From: Octopus sinensis
Lineage: Eukaryota
DNA: 42,487 nt
Direction: 5' to 3'
Assembly: GCF_006345805.1 (NCBI RefSeq)
Contig: NW_021824667.1
Coordinates: 1-42,487 of the forward strand
In this document: positions 36,379-42,487 of the stretch, piece after piece
Position numbering within the stretch: position 1 is the stretch's first letter
How the letters are laid out: each line of letters opens with the position of its first letter
Made by a program: the position numbers and the translations under genes
Notes under the pieces: model-generated
The model's input: the letters and a program-made list of their open reading frames with translations, nothing else
The model's database searches: none
What the model was told of the DNA's origin: nothing

Positions 36379-36700
36379 ATCCCCTCATCTGAAGCCCTTG
36401 TGACAAATAAAACAAAACACCGTTTTCGTTGTTGTTGTTGTTGTTACCAATATCATTCATTACCATTGTTCAAGCAAAATGTTTTGTGGTATGTACTTAC
36501 TACACCTCAAAGTTTCCCGTCATCTTCATCACCAACATCATCGTCATCGTCGTCATCATCATCATAAACACCATTACCTTATTACAACCATTGTCGTCGA
36601 CGACGCCGTCATCTCTGTCGTGATAGTTATTATCGTCGTCGCCGCCGCTGATGTCCTCATCAGTATTGTTGTTGTTGTTGTTGTAGTTGTTGGTGCCTAT
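36147..36700. repeat. Compound triplet arrays (ATT, TCA, TTG, TCG, TCT)
   Basis: Read directly. Confidence 0.95.
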
Positions 36701-36779
36701 CAGCGGAACCACGATAATGGTTAATGAAGACGAATGAATGCATTGCATGGCGAGTCAATCTATCATTTATTATTATGAT

Positions 36780-38760
36780 TATCGAACAATTTACTTACCT
36801 GCCTAAATACATACCTACCAACCTATTTACCTACCTAAATCCATCCATCCATCCATCCATACATACATACATATCTATATGTATTTGACTACCTACACTT
36901 ACCTATCTAGCTGCATACTAGTCTATCAAAATACCCACCTGGCCTTTTACCTACCTACTCACAAACCTACCTTTCCTATCCACATTTTCATCTACTTACT
37001 TACCTATGAATCTACCTACATACTCACCTGAATATCTGTTTACACATCTACCTGTCTACCCCCTTATGTACCATATATATCCACCTAGTTCCTTACTAAC
37101 TAGTAATTTACCTGTATATCTACTCACCTGATTACCTTTCTAACTACCAATTTACCAATTTACCGGTATACCAACCAACATATTTACCTTTATGCACAAC
37201 TACTTCGTCCTTGCATACCTATATTTCCACGAACTTATCTATCTACCCACCCACTTGCCCACCACGGCAGTTATCTACCTATTTACAAGCATATCAACCT
37301 ACCAATTCAACCATCCACCTACCAAACTACCCACCTACATACCAACCTATGTATGTATGTTTCTATCTAGCTATCTTCCTACCCGCCGACAAAGTACCTA
37401 CCTACTTTCCTATCTATCTCCCTAACTACCAAACTATCTACCTATCCATCTTGCCCACCTATATACCAATCTACCCACCCAATGTCTTACCAACTTTTGT
37501 ACCTACTCACATACATACCAATCTACCTATCCATCTACTAACCCAGCTACCTACCTACCTACCTACCTACCTACCTACCTACTACCTACCTACCTACCTA
37601 CCTACCTACCTACCTACCTATCTACCTACCTACCAACCAACCTACCAACCCACCTAGCTAGCTACTTCTTACCTATCCACCTACATAATTCCTTCCCTTT
37701 CTATCCACTACCTACCTACAAACCAATCTACCTAACAACCTGCTATCTATTCACTACACACCTGCGCGCTTACCTATTTACCTGTCCATCTTCTTACCAA
37801 ATTGCTCAGTTACCCATCTCTTACGTACCCACGTATATGTCTACTCGCCTATCAAACTAACTACTTCATACCTGCTCTCCTATATACTTACCCACCTATA
37901 TACCAATTTACCTATCCACCTACCCACCTGCCTACCAATCTTCCTGCATCATACCTACCTATATTTATACTTAACACTTTTCCTACGTACTTACCTATAT
38001 ACATAGGTACAAACCTCTAACCTGCCAACCTATACATCTACCCCACTTACCTTTCCATCAGCCCAGTAACTCACCAATCCACCTATTTTATACGTACCCA
38101 TGAGCATACCCCATTATTTACCCACCTACCTATCCATCTACAGAACTACATCTATCCACCCGTAGACATTGTTACCTAGCTGCCTATTTATTCACATACC
38201 TATTTACCTACCTGCCCACCAACATCATCGTCTACTAATCTATTTATTTACCTATCTACCTATTTGTTCACTTACCTATTTACCAACACATCCTCAGTAT
38301 ACTTAATTACGAATCTTCTACCTGCCTACAAATCTATTTATCAACCTATCTGCCTCTTTATTTACCTACCTATTTACAAAATACCTGTAAACATACACAT
38401 CTACGAATCCTCTACCTACCTACCTTTATATCTACCAACTTTTATACCTACCTACCTTTATATCTACCTACCTAACTACCTACCTACCTGCTTGCCTGCC
38501 TGTCTGCCTACCTACCTATTCCACAACCTACCTACTTCATACCTGCCCACATACATACCTCCTTACCTACTTACGTATACCTTCCTCCTTACCTACATAT
38601 CTACCTCATACTTGCCCACATACGTAGATGCATAGATACATACATACCCACCATTCTAACTACCTACATGTCTACGTTCGTACGTACCCACCTGCCTACC
38701 TACTTACCTATATAACTACCTACCTGCGTACCCCCACCTACCTCCCACCTAGCAACGCTA
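36780..38760. repeat. ~2-kb degenerate (TACC)n-like satellite
   Basis: Strong C/A versus G strand bias; near-perfect (TACC)n core at 37540-37660. Confidence 0.9.
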
Positions 38761-39859
38761 TTATACATCAAAACTAATCAACATTCTGTCACAAGTTCTA
38801 ATTGCTCGCCTGTACTTATTGCTTTGCACCCAAATTGAATGGCGATTACTTTCCGCTGGTTCTCCAAGCAGAAGAAAGACAGAAAGCCTCCATAATTAGC
38901 CCTTCTTATATTTAAGGGGGGTTAATTGGTGAAAAGTCATCAATTCATTTGACAACTCAAAACTCATACACTGAATATAACATACACCACCACCACCACC
39001 ACCACCACCACCGTTGCATCGTCGCCACCACCACCAATACCACCACCACCACCACAACTACCACCACCACCGCCGCCGCTACCAATCTCTATGTCGTTCC
39101 TTAACTCCTTTTCTGTTATAGTTCTTCATTGCTCTCTCTCTCTCTGTCTCTCTCTCTCTCTCTTCCTTTCATTATTTCCATTCCTTTCTTCCTTTCTTTT
39201 TTCCTCTCAGTTTCCATTACACTGTATGCATATACATATATATAACACGCACACACACACACACACACACACCATATATTACATATATATATATATAACT
39301 TGTTTGTGCATATAAATGCATAAACACGTATATATACATATATAAAGATATGTATATGAATACATCTCTTTCTCTCTCAATCTCACTCACACGCACGCGC
39401 ACACACACATACACACACACGCACACCAACTATACAGGCATACATACACACACACACACACATGCAGGCGTGTCAGTGATTCTATTGCTGAAACCTCTGC
39501 TTCGTTGTGATTTGCTCAAAATTTCCACTTTTGAGTGTGTGTGTATGTGTGCATGTGTGTGTGTGTATGTGTGTATGTGTGTATGTGTGCATGTGTGTGT
39601 GTGTATGTGTGTATGTGTGTATGTGTGCATGTGTGTGTGTGTGTATACGTGTGCGTGTGCCAGCGTGTGTAAGTTGCAAGTGCAGTGTATGTTTAGAGTA
39701 GGATGTTCACATGCTTCTGTGCGATATTAAGAAGATAAGCATTATGGAATGAATGCTAACGGAGGAGGAGGAGGGGAGGAGGAGGAGTATTGTTTCAACT
39801 GCATATATATATTACAGTGTAAGGGATGTAGTGAGGTTGTGTAATGTATGTAATATATC

Positions 39860-39992
39860 GTGAGGTTGTGAGTTCGATTCCCGGACCGGGCTGTGTGCTG
39901 CGTTCTTGAGCAAGACACTTTATTTCACGTTGCTCCAGGTCACTCAGCTGTAGAAATGAGTTGCGATGTCACTGGTGCCAAGCTGTATTGGC
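39860..39992 (+). mobile_element. SINE family C fragment
   Basis: GTGAGTTCGATTCCCGGACCGGGC...GTTCTTGAGCAAGACACTTTATTTCACGTTGCTCCAGGTCACTCAGCTGTAGAAATGAG. Confidence 0.82.
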
Positions 39993-40147
39993 ACAAAAAG
40001 AAAATGACTCTCTCCAGACACAATAGTATATAAATATATATATAGTAGCATCCACCCTTATGGGTTAGCCATATTCAAATGGCAAATATGCGTCACGATG
40101 TGTTACCGCTACTGTTTATAACTCGCTCTGAGATTTATCATTGGTTA

Positions 40148-40180
<33 letters not shown>

Positions 40181-41249
40181 ATATATGGTGCTAAATTCAA
40201 ATTCAAGATAAAATTTTGGTCTGTGTTATTTGTGTCGAATTTTGCCTCCAGGAACTCAATTCAAATACCAGAAACTGAATAAAAGAAGATGCTTGCAATT
40301 CTTGAAGCTGGTACTTATTTGCACGAAGACAAGGAAAATTTTCTTGTCTCATATTTAGGATATCACAGAGGAAGGTCAGTTTTTCGACTGCGCATAAGTG
40401 AGGGTTTCTATCGCTGTAGCTCTGTCTTTATATTTATAAAAATAATCTATTTTATTGTAGGACTGATTTGTACTGTGTCTTTTAGTGACCAAATGTATTT
40501 TAAACGTATCTCAGCATTACTTAAGTTGCGTGTAAACGAATCAGTGTATGGCATGTTTCGGGTTTTAAATGTATTCACGGTTAACACATATAATGTCTTT
40601 ACATTGTCATCTATTGATTCTACTTCTAATCAGTATACATTTTCTTCAACAGCCGTTTCCTATCCCAAAGGAAAACTGTTTCACGTTTGGTTGTTTACGT
40701 ATTTTGGGGTCGGTTAGAGTCGACACATGAAATACAGCTGCAGGTACCCTCAGTACAAATTGCAGTGAAAATATTGTAATACTTATATGAAGTGGGGAAA
40801 TGCAAATTCATCAATGGTACAAAAAGATCGTTGCTCCATTTCTAGATGTATTCAAGCGACGCCGAGTATTATTCCAAATTATTTCTCTGTTTCTGGGTTT
40901 TATGTTATTTCTTATGGGTTCTCCATACAGTGTAGGTTGCCATTTAAACCTCGCCCATCTAATGATCTATAGTAATGCAGATCAGGTTTGTTATTTGATG
41001 AAAGGCTAGATATACGTCAGCTAATATTTTCTACAATGTTTTTTTGTTATCCTGCGAGGATGGTTGGATTTCCTGTTTATGTACATTGTTTCTTCGTTCA
41101 TGTAACGGTTGGAGCGGTGTTTGTTTGCGTGTGTTTGGATTTAATATCGCATCTATAAAAAAAATTTACTATCTTCAGGTTTGCATTTATTGATATTTTT
41201 ACTCCACGAAATTCTTTAAAAATGATAATTAGCGTTTTTATGGAATTAT

Positions 41250-41297
41250 CCATATATATATATACACACAGACACACACACACACACCCATTATATA

Positions 41298-41334
<37 letters not shown>

Positions 41335-41432
41335 CACATATATATATACATACACAACATATATATATATACATACATTTTATATATTATACTATATATA
41401 CATACATACATATATATTATATATATACATAC

Positions 41433-41476
<44 letters not shown>

Positions 41477-41660
41477 CATATATATATACATATATATATA
41501 TATACACATATATATATATATATACGTGTATATATATATATATACATTCATATATACCTACGTATGTATACGTTGTGAGTATGTATATGTGTGTGCGCAG
41601 ATGAATGTATGTGTAAGTATATATGTGTGTGCATATGTATAAACACATGCAGCTATATAA

Positions 41661-41724
<64 letters not shown>

Positions 41725-41730
41725 ATAAAT
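41250..41730. repeat. (TA)n/(CA)n microsatellite field
   Basis: Read directly. Confidence 0.95.
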
Positions 41731-42487
41731 GCTATATAACTAGCTATATAAAGCAGAACCCAGACATAAATATGAAGAAACTATTGTTGATTCATTCTAG
41801 ATATTGTTTGGAGAATAAACTTATGAATATTTTTTTTCCTTCCGTTTTCTTTCGCAAGTCCAAAAGCTATGAGTTAATGTTTGATATTAGTGGTGACACG
41901 GTATGGGGTCAGTGTGCCGTCATTGCTCTCTTCGTTGGTTTTCCCTCTTCGTTGGTTTTCCCTCTTTTATTTCATGTTAAAATATCTGATGACGCATTGT
42001 CTAATCTGTGTGTTTCTATTGAATTAAATCAGTGGGGTGGCTGCCAGATAAAAAGGAAAGAAAAGAAATGCTGAAAGATAGGATACAAGAAAGAAAGAAG
42101 CATACAGAAGGAGAGAGAGAGAATCAGAGAAAGAAAGAAAGAATGAGTGAAATGTGAAAGAAGGAAACAGAAACTGAGGGAAAAACAGCAAAAAAAAATA
42201 AAAATGGAGGGAAAGAAGTAGTGAAAGAAAGAGAGATGAAAAGAGAAAAAAGCAAGTTGATAAGTAATAAATTAAGAAAAAAGAAAGATATATATGAAAT
42301 AAACAAAGAGGGAAAGAAAGAAGGAAGATGATCAAATATGACATTTGGAATAAAATGGCTGCTATTTGTTATCACGTGATACAATATTGTTAACGTTATG
42401 TGTGGCATGATGGGAATCACATTTAGACAAAGGGACAAAAGTAAAAGACAATACTACTTAGGCGTTCGCTGTTCAAAATTGGATTCT

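Noticed and set aside
40289-40717. 142-aa ORF in unique sequence
   Set aside because: No recognisable motif, composition is as expected for AT-rich non-coding DNA, and no supporting gene structure.

Overview
Repeat-dense, AT-rich eukaryotic genomic DNA. The SINE families and microsatellite load match what I recognise from Octopus (cephalopod) genomes; this is recognition, not a database result. There is no intact, nameable protein-coding gene, rRNA, true tRNA or CRISPR array. Almost all ORFs in the supplied track are translations of (TA)n, (CA)n, (TATC)n, (TATG)n and triplet microsatellites. Supported content: many copies of at least three tRNA-derived SINE families; decayed Tc1/mariner elements (mariner 1930-3031, mariner derivative 3771-3990, Tc1 9581-10207); decayed non-LTR retrotransposon fragments (CR1/L2-like, RTE-like, R4/Dong-like); and several large fold-back palindromes. 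The most interesting signal is six minimal hammerhead-ribozyme-like motifs, most in short non-coding elements sitting in (TA)n tracts. One has an intact core and is fused behind a tRNA-like Pol III head (14279-14510). One hammerhead-less sister copy (22814-22916) begins within 1 nt of the predicted self-cleavage site. Together these suggest a ribozyme-processed, Penelope/retrozyme-like non-autonomous element system. A few short candidate exons are noted, but they are speculative.
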